Assembly: GCA_017467335.1 (NCBI GenBank) | Contig: JAFTSJ010000040.1 | Coordinates: 1-62,322 of the forward strand | Direction: 5' to 3' | From: Alphaproteobacteria bacterium | GTDB lineage: Bacteria; Pseudomonadota; Alphaproteobacteria; CAAHEQ01; UBA3637 | DNA: 62,322 nucleotides | Shown here: positions 8,567-17,123 of the stretch, one piece after another | How positions within the stretch are numbered: position 1 is the stretch's first letter | How the letters are laid out: every line of letters begins with the position of its first letter | Translations under genes and position numbers: made by a program | The notes under the pieces: generated by a model | Databases searched by the model: none | Seen by the model: only the letters and a program-made list of their open reading frames with translations | What the model was told of the DNA's origin: nothing

Positions 8567-10750
8567 ATGGCTTTTAAACGTGATAGTGCTTACGAAGATC
8601 AAGGAAAATTTCTTATCTGGTTATTCTGGACGTTTGCTGCATCTGTGTTAACGTTTTTTGTTTTGATGTGGTTGATGTTGCCTATTCAAGATTGGATTAG
8701 ACGGGGAATCAGTGTTGTTACATTAGAGGATTCTGTTCGTTTTTGGAAGAAAGCCATCCCGAATACGCGATATTTATTCGGAACGTACGGACGGTGGTTT
8801 TCCACTTTTTTATCTCAATCAAATCCCAACTGGATTATGTATTTGCCATTTACGCCATTTGTGATGTTTTGGGTTGTTTTGATTGTCGGTATTATTAAAA
8901 ACCCATACGAATATATGCCGAAAATTTTCGGAGGTGGTCGTATGGCGGAATATGCCGATGTTAAAAAGATGAAATTATTTGATGGCTTTTGTGTTGTTTT
9001 AGGGCGTTTCAAAGGTAAATTGATGAAAATGCCCGAAACGTTGTCTTGTTTGGTTGTTGCCCCTCCGGGAACCGGTAAAACGGTTGGTGTTGTTATTCCG
9101 ACTATTTTGGAATCGCCGGGGTTGAGTTTAATCGTTAACGACCCTAAGCCTGAATTGTGTTTTAATACAACAGCATATCGGGCAACTATCGGACCGGTTT
9201 TTGTGATTAACTGGGGTGAAAAAGACGATCCGGAAAAAGGGGTATATTATCCCAGTTGGAATCCGTTATCTGCTACATGTTTACCTCCATTGGGTTCTGA
9301 TCGTGAAAAGTACATTGACTCAATGGTGGCCGTTTTGGTTGAAGAACCCAAAGGGGGAGCTGATCCGCACTGGTCCAAAACGGGGCGAAATGCGATGTCG
9401 GGTTTCTTACAATTTATTTCCAGTAAGTGTGAACGGGCTCGTGCAAATGACTATTTCATCAATAAATTGATGGAAAACAGTTTTGATGCTGAAGATGCTG
9501 CTGTTTTGGCAACATATTATGAGGGTATGAAAGATCAAAGTGCCATTATGGCTTTACAGGCTCTGCAACAAGGGCAGTTAACCATTGATAATTATGCTCC
9601 GATTGGTACGTGGGATGGTTTGCCGACACAATGGCAAGGATGTGAACCGTGTATTGCCATGATTTTTGACTGGTTAACCGAATCACAGATGAAAATAGCT
9701 GCTGATATTAAACGGCGTTCGGATGAAGGGGATCAAATGGCTATGATGGCCGACCCAATGCGAGATTTGTTGGATGCAGCTGTTAAAGAGGCAGACAGAT
9801 ATGCGTATGCCCATCGTGCCGTTGTTGAATTAAACCAATTGTCCGGTACGCCGGATAAGGAACGGGGTTCTATTTTATCAACAGCATTATCCGGTATTAA
9901 CATTTTTAAAAACTCGGCTGTTCGTATGCGAACAAAGTTCAGTGATTTAACGTTCCGTGATTTACGTGGATTAAAGGATCCGATTACCGGTGAAATGAAA
10001 CCTGTTTCAGTTTATTTATCTGTTAATCAGGTTGATGCACGCAGTATGAACGTTATTACAGGTATTTTTGTTGAATTGATGAGTTCTTTCTTAATTTCCA
10101 ATCCGCCTAATTTTGTGGGTACGGATGGTTTGAAGTCGGGACCGTTTCCTGTCTTATTCGTTCTTGACGAGTTTCCTCAAATGCCTAAATTGGCCGCTGT
10201 GAAAGACGGTCCGGCGGTCGGTCGTGGTCAAAAGGTTGCCTATTTATTGATTGGGCAGGATTTAGGTCAGATTTCGGGACAATACGGTAAAGACGATTTG
10301 GAAACAATTATTACAACAACGGCTGCCAAGGTTATTTTGGCACAAAACAATGAACAAACGGCCGAACGGTTCAGCAAAATGATTGGTACAAAAACGATTG
10401 AAGTTGCCAGTTCATCTCGAACGGAAGGGGTTTCGCAACAAACAAATCCGTTTGCCGCTAACGTTTCCCGTTCATTACAAAGTTCCAATGTGGTTGGGGC
10501 TTCGGACATGATGAGTTTAAGTTACTTAAAACAATATGTATTATTCCAAGGCTTTTTAAATCGTCCGATTTTGGCTGATGCACCTCGTTGGTATTTAGAT
10601 AAAAAGATGAAAAAGAAATGTGCCATGGGTGCCTCTCCTTGGGTTCCGTACTGGGTTGTTGCTCAACGAGAAGATACGGATATTCAAGCATTAAAAACGT
10701 TAATGCAGGGTCAAATCGGCGAAATTGAAGAACAGGTTAAAGGAGTTTAG
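8567..10750 (+). CDS. virD4: Type IV secretion coupling protein, VirD4/TraG family
   Basis: N-terminal TMs, Walker A (VVAPPGTGKTVGVVIP), LIVNDPKPEL, WNPL, Walker B (FVLDEFPQM) and a GRGQKVAYLLIGQDLGQI...YG motif. Confidence 0.9.
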   Translation: MAFKRDSAYEDQGKFLIWLFWTFAASVLTFFVLMWLMLPIQDWIRRGISVVTLEDSVRFWKKAIPNTRYLFGTYGRWFSTFLSQSNPNWIMYLPFTPFVMFWVVLIVGIIKNPYEYMPKIFGGGRMAEYADVKKMKLFDGFCVVLGRFKGKLMKMPETLSCLVVAPPGTGKTVGVVIPTILESPGLSLIVNDPKPELCFNTTAYRATIGPVFVINWGEKDDPEKGVYYPSWNPLSATCLPPLGSDREKYIDSMVAVLVEEPKGGADPHWSKTGRNAMSGFLQFISSKCERARANDYFINKLMENSFDAEDAAVLATYYEGMKDQSAIMALQALQQGQLTIDNYAPIGTWDGLPTQWQGCEPCIAMIFDWLTESQMKIAADIKRRSDEGDQMAMMADPMRDLLDAAVKEADRYAYAHRAVVELNQLSGTPDKERGSILSTALSGINIFKNSAVRMRTKFSDLTFRDLRGLKDPITGEMKPVSVYLSVNQVDARSMNVITGIFVELMSSFLISNPPNFVGTDGLKSGPFPVLFVLDEFPQMPKLAAVKDGPAVGRGQKVAYLLIGQDLGQISGQYGKDDLETIITTTAAKVILAQNNEQTAERFSKMIGTKTIEVASSSRTEGVSQQTNPFAANVSRSLQSSNVVGASDMMSLSYLKQYVLFQGFLNRPILADAPRWYLDKKMKKKCAMGASPWVPYWVVAQREDTDIQALKTLMQGQIGEIEEQVKGV

Positions 10751-10755
10751 GAACA

Positions 10756-11769
10756 TTGACGGATAAAATTGATTTTTCACAATTGGTTCAAGCGGAAGAA
10801 GGTCTTGTTTCTTGGGAAGACTTGTTTCCGGAATATGCCGTTGGTGGGGAATCTTTTAAAAGCGGTCAATTACATTCGCCATCATTTCCATCGACCTCAA
10901 GTCAATCGGAACAATCGACTTTAACGCAAGATGAAAAAAACAAAACGGTAACGGCTCATCGGTTTCAAGAACAAATACCGGTTGTTGAAATGTCTTCGTT
11001 GCCGGATATCCCGTCAATCACGGAAGACGATATTACATGGGATGATGAAGATAATTTATTTCCGACAGAAAATACAGCGTTGACTTCTTTAAACACACAA
11101 GAAGATTCTGTTTTTTCGACAACGGGTCATACACCGGATAGTGCGTTAAGTGTTAATGAAGATTGGTTGGAACGGGCATTAGCAGACGTTGATAGTGAGT
11201 TAGCACAAAAACAAAAATCAATCAAAAATCAGGATTATTGGACACAACGATTTAATGAAATGAATTTTGCCGGTATGGATTTAATGGCGGTTAGTTATTT
11301 TGGGTCCTTTACATATGATTTATTCGAACAACACATGTTATTGAAACGGGTAACACGGGAATTTGTTCGGCTGTTGAGTTATAATTATGCGATGGATTTG
11401 CGTTCAGCCGGTGTTTCGGAAGAAGGTATCTTTTATATGAAGAAAGGTAAAATTCCTGAAAATTTTACGGTTCATTTGAAATATCCGTTGGAATATGGCG
11501 GTACAATTGATTTTAACAATATGGTTTTTATGCAAGATAAACCGTTTCATGATTTAATACATGCGTATCTTGATGAACAAATACAAACACCGACCGGTAT
11601 TTCATATCCGTCATTATTATATGTTCCGACTCCGGTTGGTAAAATTTATGTACCGTTTGGTATGTTTACGGGATCGGGTGGTAAAAACAAGCAAGACAGA
11701 AGCGTATATGCCGGATTTTCAAAGGCGGCTTTTGACAAAATAGCACTTAAAGCGATGCCGGGGAGGTAA
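10756..11769 (+). CDS. Hypothetical protein with acidic disordered N-terminus and degenerate HNH-like toxin domain
   Basis: The C-terminal MKKGKIPENFTVHLKYPLEYGGTIDFNNMVFMQDKPFHDLIH resembles the G.QVHHKLPL..GGTN.F.NLVL...PYH HNH toxin motif. TTG start. Confidence 0.6.
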   Translation: MTDKIDFSQLVQAEEGLVSWEDLFPEYAVGGESFKSGQLHSPSFPSTSSQSEQSTLTQDEKNKTVTAHRFQEQIPVVEMSSLPDIPSITEDDITWDDEDNLFPTENTALTSLNTQEDSVFSTTGHTPDSALSVNEDWLERALADVDSELAQKQKSIKNQDYWTQRFNEMNFAGMDLMAVSYFGSFTYDLFEQHMLLKRVTREFVRLLSYNYAMDLRSAGVSEEGIFYMKKGKIPENFTVHLKYPLEYGGTIDFNNMVFMQDKPFHDLIHAYLDEQIQTPTGISYPSLLYVPTPVGKIYVPFGMFTGSGGKNKQDRSVYAGFSKAAFDKIALKAMPGR

Positions 11770-11770
11770 T

Positions 11771-12217
11771 ATGAGGGCATTGGTACAGGTACTTAAAAAA
11801 GTTTATCAAGATTTTGCCGTTATTTATCCGCCGGCAGAAGCCGTTGAAGTATCGGATGTCTATGCAGCTTTGATTCAAAACGGATATGGTCGTCTTCCGG
11901 CAGATTACAGAACTTTTTTAATGATGACGGACGGGTTATTTTGGAATGGTTTAGAATTATTTTCAACACGGGAACACGAACGTAATAACGGAGCATTTTT
12001 TCATCGGGCTATTATACAATCACAGGCTTTATTTAGTAAAAATACACAATTGAACAAAAAAATTGTTTTAGGGATGGCACCGGAGGAGTTAATTGTTTAC
12101 GATACCGTTCGCAAAGAATATCAATTAGTGGATAGGTATTCATATACCATTTTTGTTAAATTTCCGTCATTTTCGGATATTTTATATTTCTATATCAGAA
12201 ATGTTGTTGAAAAATAA
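11771..12217 (+). CDS. SUKH/SMI1-KNR4 (YrhA-like) immunity-family protein
   Basis: Contains the YPPA...RLPADYRTFLMMTDGLFWNGLELF motif and lies directly downstream of the HNH-like gene. Confidence 0.7.
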   Translation: MRALVQVLKKVYQDFAVIYPPAEAVEVSDVYAALIQNGYGRLPADYRTFLMMTDGLFWNGLELFSTREHERNNGAFFHRAIIQSQALFSKNTQLNKKIVLGMAPEELIVYDTVRKEYQLVDRYSYTIFVKFPSFSDILYFYIRNVVEK

Positions 12218-12253
12218 ATGCGTTTGAAAGTAGAGAAAGTGTAGGAGAAGAAT

Positions 12254-12973
12254 ATGACAATCAGTGATATGAACACACCTGATGGTAACGGAAAAACAGC
12301 GTTAATGATTGCTTTGGAAAACAAGCAATTTGATAAAGCAAAAGAATTGTTACAACAAACAGATATTGATATTTATGCGACGGATAACGGTGGTCATACG
12401 GCTCTTTACTATGCTGTAAGCAGTGGTCATTTGGAGTTGACGGATATGTTGCTCGCCAAAGGTCTGGATATTCATGAAACAAGTGCTGTCGGGGACACAT
12501 TGTTGCATTGTGCTGTTAGAAGTGGTCATTTGGATATGGTTCATTATTTAATACAAACGCATCGATTAGATTTGAATGTGTTGAGTTTAACACACGGTAC
12601 ACCGTTATACTATGCGACCAGTCGGGATGAAATTGAAATAGCCCGTTATTTGTTGAATGCCGGAGCCGATGTCAGTATTGATTTACGAGGGGAAACACCG
12701 GCGATGGTTGCTTTGAAAAATAAACGCTTGGGATTTGCTCGAGAATTGGCTCGAGCAGGTAAGAAAAATGAGACATCAACCAATCATTCTGAAACAAAAC
12801 CGTCGGAAGACAAAACGCCTCAAAATCCGAAACAACCAGATATTCCTTCTCGGTTGGAAACAGCATCGGGTTATTCATTACATACAACGTTGGATAAGGC
12901 ACAAAGATTATGTGATAAACCATTGGATAAGGTTCTTGGACAACATTTGACAGGAATTGAAAAGATAAATTAA
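12254..12973 (+). CDS. Ankyrin-repeat protein
   Basis: About five ankyrin repeats (GKTALMIA, GHTALYYA, GDTLLHCA, GTPLYYA, GETPAMVA) and a disordered C-terminal tail. Confidence 0.9.
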   Translation: MTISDMNTPDGNGKTALMIALENKQFDKAKELLQQTDIDIYATDNGGHTALYYAVSSGHLELTDMLLAKGLDIHETSAVGDTLLHCAVRSGHLDMVHYLIQTHRLDLNVLSLTHGTPLYYATSRDEIEIARYLLNAGADVSIDLRGETPAMVALKNKRLGFARELARAGKKNETSTNHSETKPSEDKTPQNPKQPDIPSRLETASGYSLHTTLDKAQRLCDKPLDKVLGQHLTGIEKIN

Positions 12974-13008
12974 CCGAATGAATGTGTTTTTTGAGTTGTA
13001 TTATCAAG

Positions 13009-13048
13009 AAAAGCATCCCTTCTTTTATATTAAAAAAGAGGGGTGTTT
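13009..13048 (+). terminator. Putative intrinsic terminator after the virD4 operon
   Basis: Imperfect hairpin AAAAGCATCCCTTCTTTT / AAAAAAGAGGGTGTTTT. Confidence 0.5.
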
Positions 13049-13157
13049 TGTACCTGTTTTAGATGTATTTGCTTAAACAAAAGTGTAAATGCACTTGACT
13101 TTTGGGATTATATCGGCTATTTGTAAATATTATTGAGTATATATAAAGGAGGTTATC

Positions 13158-13577
13158 ATGACAATTATTACATTATCCCCCGACTATGTTCCGTCTGACA
13201 AAGAAGAATATATGTGTGATAAACATTTGGAATATTTCCGTCAGAAATTATTAGCATGGAAATCTGAATTGTTGAAAGAATCGGAATATACCCTTCAAGA
13301 TTTGAAAGAAAACAGTTTGCGTGCGGCTGATATGAATGACCGTGCCAGTAGCGAAACGGATCAATCTTTGGAATTAAGAACACGGGACAGAATGCGTAAA
13401 TTGATTAAAAAGATTGATGGGGCGTTGGCTCGTATTGCAGATGGCACGTATGGTTACTGTGAAGAAACAGGGGAACCGATTGGTTTAAAAAGATTGGAAG
13501 CCCGTCCGGTTGCCACGCTTTGTATTGAAGCACAGGAAAGACACGAACGCAAAGAAAAAACGCAGGCTGATGAATAA
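13158..13577 (+). CDS. dksA: RNA polymerase-binding protein DksA
   Basis: YMCDKHLEYFRQKL, coiled-coil tip DMNDRAS, and GYCEETGEPIGLKRLEARPVATLCIEAQ. Confidence 0.97.
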   Translation: MTIITLSPDYVPSDKEEYMCDKHLEYFRQKLLAWKSELLKESEYTLQDLKENSLRAADMNDRASSETDQSLELRTRDRMRKLIKKIDGALARIADGTYGYCEETGEPIGLKRLEARPVATLCIEAQERHERKEKTQADE

Positions 13578-14154
13578 TTTTTGGGGTTTGAAGCAGGGGT
13601 TTATTTTAGCATCCGGTTCCTTGCAACGCCGTCGGTTGTTGGAAAGTGTTCAGTTATTTCCATCAGAAATTATTTCTCCTGACATTGATGAAACTGAATT
13701 GAAAGATGAATTGCCGGCTCGGTATGTTCGGCGTGTTGCTATAGAAAAAGCACGAGCCGTTTATCAATCTCACGTTGGGCAGTGTGTTGTGGCGGCTGAT
13801 ACGATTTTAGCGGTTGGTCGGCGTATGATTCGAAAGGCTCAAAACGAAGCTGAAGCTCGAGCCCATTTGGAATTATTATCTGGTCGTACGCATCGGGTTA
13901 TTACCGGTTTGTGTATTATTGCACCGAACGGGAAAGAAATTGTTCGGGTTAAGGAAACACGGATTAAATTAAAAAGATTATCCGAAGATGATATACGGTT
14001 TATCTTACAAACAAAAGAATGGCAACATGTTGCTGGTTATAAAATCGAAGGCATTATCAGTGCATTTGTGCAACATATGAACGGTTCGTATGATAGTGTT
14101 GTTGGTATCCCGGTTTATGATGTTGTTCATATATTACGAGGAATTTTAAGGTAA
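13570..14154 (+). CDS. maf: Maf family nucleoside triphosphate pyrophosphatase
   Basis: ILASGSLQRR, PDIDET, AADT, LSGRTHRVITG and GSYDSVVGIP motifs. Start at 13570 overlaps the dksA stop. Confidence 0.9.
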   Translation: MNNFWGLKQGFILASGSLQRRRLLESVQLFPSEIISPDIDETELKDELPARYVRRVAIEKARAVYQSHVGQCVVAADTILAVGRRMIRKAQNEAEARAHLELLSGRTHRVITGLCIIAPNGKEIVRVKETRIKLKRLSEDDIRFILQTKEWQHVAGYKIEGIISAFVQHMNGSYDSVVGIPVYDVVHILRGILR

Positions 14155-15098
14155 TGCGTGCGTTATACCAAGCCGGATACGGACAACAAATATTAACGGT
14201 ATTGGATAGTCGTGATAATCCTGTTTTTTTTAACATTCAACGTGATAAAATGTTAAATTGGCAAGAGGTTATTCAAGGTAAAATTACACAATATAATGAA
14301 ACATTACGTGGATATTTTATTGAAACGTCAAAAAAATTACCTGTTTTTGTACCGACAATGAAAAAATTTTCACAAGGAGAAACCGTCTTTATTCAAATAA
14401 CCAAAGAAGCTCGTTTGGGTAAGGAAGCAACAGGGCGGATATGGGTACAAGATACCAAAGAAAGCATACCACCGATTGGGTGTGATTTATCATCAGATAT
14501 TGTTATTGAAACGGATGTTGATAACAAAACAGATTTGTTGCTTGAAGAAGCATTAAATCGGTGTGTTTTGTTTGCTGATGGAGCAGAATTACACATTGAA
14601 CGCACACAAAGTTGTTGGACAATTGATATCGATTCGGGAACATCGCATTTGACTTTGGCAGATATTAACAAACAGGCCTGTATTATTATTTATCAACAAA
14701 TCAGATTAAAAAACTTATCCGGTGTTATTTTGATTGATTTTGCCGGATATAAAGATTTTCAGGAACGACAAGATTTGTTTCATTCCATGAAAGAAACGTT
14801 TGTATCAGACAATCGTTCAACATTATACGGCTTTACAAAAACACGTTTATTTGAATTAAAACGCCAAAGGACAACGGCTTCATTAGAAGATTTGTTTTTA
14901 ATGCCGAATGGGAAAAAAAATCCCCATGGATTAGTACCGATTATTATGCGTCAAATTTTAAGTTCCGGTAATGGTAAATTGTTATTGAAAATACATCCGT
15001 CATTATTGGCTGTTTTGCCGAGCAATATTTACGCATATTGTTCGGTTGAAACGGATTTAAATGTCCCCGAAGATTATTATGAATTGAAAGGAAAATAA
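14154..15098 (+). CDS. Short ribonuclease E/G family protein
   Basis: S1-like GETVFIQITKEARLGK, TIDIDSG, IRLKNLSGVILIDF and GFTKTRLFELKRQR motifs, in the conserved maf-RNase-yacG context. Confidence 0.8.
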   Translation: MRALYQAGYGQQILTVLDSRDNPVFFNIQRDKMLNWQEVIQGKITQYNETLRGYFIETSKKLPVFVPTMKKFSQGETVFIQITKEARLGKEATGRIWVQDTKESIPPIGCDLSSDIVIETDVDNKTDLLLEEALNRCVLFADGAELHIERTQSCWTIDIDSGTSHLTLADINKQACIIIYQQIRLKNLSGVILIDFAGYKDFQERQDLFHSMKETFVSDNRSTLYGFTKTRLFELKRQRTTASLEDLFLMPNGKKNPHGLVPIIMRQILSSGNGKLLLKIHPSLLAVLPSNIYAYCSVETDLNVPEDYYELKGK

Positions 15099-15100
15099 AT

Positions 15101-15283
15101 ATGACCAGTCAAAGAATGTGTCCGATTTGCGGTAAGCCTGTTTCAGAAGAATATAAGCCTTTTTGTTCCAAAAAGTGTGCTGATATTGATTTAGGACGCT
15201 GGTTAAAGGGAAATTACGTTATTCACACGAACGAACGCCCCAAAGAAAGTGATTTTCAAAATGAAAATAATGAAGAAAAATAA
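15101..15283 (+). CDS. yacG: DNA gyrase inhibitor YacG
   Basis: CPICGK...PFCSKKCADIDLGRW zinc-binding motif. Confidence 0.95.
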   Translation: MTSQRMCPICGKPVSEEYKPFCSKKCADIDLGRWLKGNYVIHTNERPKESDFQNENNEEK

Positions 15284-15366
15284 TATATTATAAAAATATA
15301 TATTTTTTTTAAAAAAAGTGCTGGACTTTTTGTTTGAGTTCGTGTATAAAGATACATGTTCTCCCT

Positions 15367-15442
15367 GCCTGGGTAGCTCAGTTGGTAGAGCGAGAGACTG
15401 AAAATCTCTGTGTCGGCGGTTCGATTCCGTCCCCAGGCACCA
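15367..15442 (+). tRNA. tRNA-Phe (GAA)
   Basis: 76-nt cloverleaf GCCTGGGTAGCTCAGTTGGTAGAGC...CTGAAAA...GGTTCGATTCC...GCACCA with encoded CCA. Confidence 0.98.
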
Positions 15443-15452
15443 TGTATTAAAG

Positions 15453-15479
15453 CCGTCCTGTTTAGGACGGTTTTTTTTT
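15453..15479 (+). terminator. Intrinsic terminator after tRNA-Phe
   Basis: CCGTCCT-gttt-AGGACGG stem followed by T9. Confidence 0.9.
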
Positions 15480-15651
15480 GTTTTTTCAAAATATTGTCAA
15501 TATCAAAGAGAACGAAAAACCATATTTTAAAACTGATAAGGAACATCATGTGATAAAATATGTGTTGTTGTTCAAAACTGGTTTTATCCGAATAAAATAC
15601 CCCTTACGAATAAATAAGGGGGCATTTTTTTATGTGAAATTGACTTTTATT

Positions 15652-16107
15652 TTAATGCGGTCCATATTTATTATCATAAGGTTGTGATGGAAACAATGCG
15701 TATATATATGGATATATGATAAAACTACCTGGCACTAAATAACCAATGATGATATATATGACACTTTGGATATTTTGAAAAACAGATATGCCAAGATAAT
15801 CCATTCCGGCAAATATAAAGGCTAACACAATACCGAGCAAAAATGTATATAAACAGGCTTTCCAGACGAAAAAACCGCTTTTACCCATGTCGTGCAATCG
15901 TCGCACGGTCACGGAAATAAAAGCTAAAATATTTCCCAGTGCTAATAATGTTACTACGAAATCAAAAGATAACGCTTTTAACAACATACATATCAATAAT
16001 GTTCCCAATTGAGATATCCAAAATTCAAATCGGGTTGCTCGTCCCTGCCAATTTAAAATGTGTTTCCAATATGATAAATAAATATCTATGATTGATTGAT
16101 TTGTCAT
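15652..16107 (-). CDS. DUF805 family membrane protein
   Basis: W.GRATRFEFW and ISVTVRRLHDMGKSG motifs, with a C-terminal N.YGP motif. Confidence 0.9.
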   Translation of the reverse strand: MTNQSIIDIYLSYWKHILNWQGRATRFEFWISQLGTLLICMLLKALSFDFVVTLLALGNILAFISVTVRRLHDMGKSGFFVWKACLYTFLLGIVLAFIFAGMDYLGISVFQNIQSVIYIIIGYLVPGSFIIYPYIYALFPSQPYDNKYGPH

Positions 16108-16155
16108 GTGTTTACCCTGTTATGTGGTTTAAAATCTGATGCGAAAACAGATGCG

Positions 16156-17010
16156 TTATTTTCCCGAGGAAAATAAAATCTGATTGATTTTGTGGTGAAT
16201 GTCTGTATTATCTTGTTCTCCACGAAATAAATGGGCATGTTGTCCGTATGCGTGAACGGGTACGTCAACGCCTGTATGTCCTGTACGGGTATATTGACAA
16301 TCAGCTGTTAATCCACCTGTTTCGTGGTCAGCCAATACGATGAGTGTTGTGTTTGGGTGGTAATAAACAAAATCAGTTGCGTGCATAACGGCTAAATCAA
16401 AGTCGTATAATTCGGTTTTCATATCATTCAAATTGTTATGATGAGATGCCGTATCAATTTTAGCCCCTTCAAATAAGGCAAAAAAACCGTTCTTATCAGA
16501 TTTATTCGATAAGTATTGCAGTTTTGTGGGGACAATATCGGAAATTTTATCAACGGGAACAACTATATCCATTGTTTGAGTAGCTGATTGTTTGTATTGT
16601 TCAATTGTTTCTTTATCATGTCTGTTTGTCGTGTGAGCATAAAAGGCAGATGGTGTTGCACCGGTTGAATGGTCGGTTGAATAAATACCGACAGATAACC
16701 CATGTTGAATGGCTTTTTCAGCAAGTGTGACACAGTTTTCCTGATTCGGTAATTTTCCCAAAGAGAGATTGTTTGTTTTTGTTCCACAGGCATATGCTGT
16801 TGCCGAAGCAGCCGAATCGGTTGTTTCCGAATTGGCAGAACGTGTATGAATAGTTCCTTTAACGGGTAATGAGGGAATAAAAATCGGTTTGGTTTGTTGG
16901 GCACAAGCCAAATGATTAGTTCCCATGCCATCCCCAATCATTAAAATAACATTGTCTGCTTTTGAAACGAATGGTAATAGTAAAAAAAATAAGATTAAAA
17001 TCAATTTCAT
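16156..17010 (-). CDS. Compact secreted alkaline phosphatase
   Basis: Signal peptide plus ILMIGDGMG, TDSAASATA (catalytic Ser), EGAKIDTASH, ADHETGG and HTGVDVP motifs. Start at 17010 follows an AAGGAG RBS. Confidence 0.9.
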   Translation of the reverse strand: MKLILILFFLLLPFVSKADNVILMIGDGMGTNHLACAQQTKPIFIPSLPVKGTIHTRSANSETTDSAASATAYACGTKTNNLSLGKLPNQENCVTLAEKAIQHGLSVGIYSTDHSTGATPSAFYAHTTNRHDKETIEQYKQSATQTMDIVVPVDKISDIVPTKLQYLSNKSDKNGFFALFEGAKIDTASHHNNLNDMKTELYDFDLAVMHATDFVYYHPNTTLIVLADHETGGLTADCQYTRTGHTGVDVPVHAYGQHAHLFRGEQDNTDIHHKINQILFSSGK

Positions 17011-17123
17011 ATTATCTCCTTTTGATAGGAATAAAATAATAAATCTGATGAAAAAGGACAACAAAAAAGATTTAATGTGAATAATTATTTATTTGCGTTA
17101 ATTTATCGAACATTGACCATAAT

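Noticed and set aside
6891-12973. Conjugative element
   Set aside because: No relaxase, VirB4, oriT-like feature or integrase in the window, and the flanks are housekeeping genes.
14154-15098. Short RNase E/G as a pseudogene
   Set aside because: The ORF is uninterrupted, coupled to maf and yacG, and keeps both Asp-containing metal motifs. Short versions occur in this alphaproteobacterial context.
15256-15549. ORF antisense to tRNA-Phe (and 33193-33577 ORFs over tRNA-Trp/secE)
   Set aside because: Spurious frames overlapping tRNA genes.
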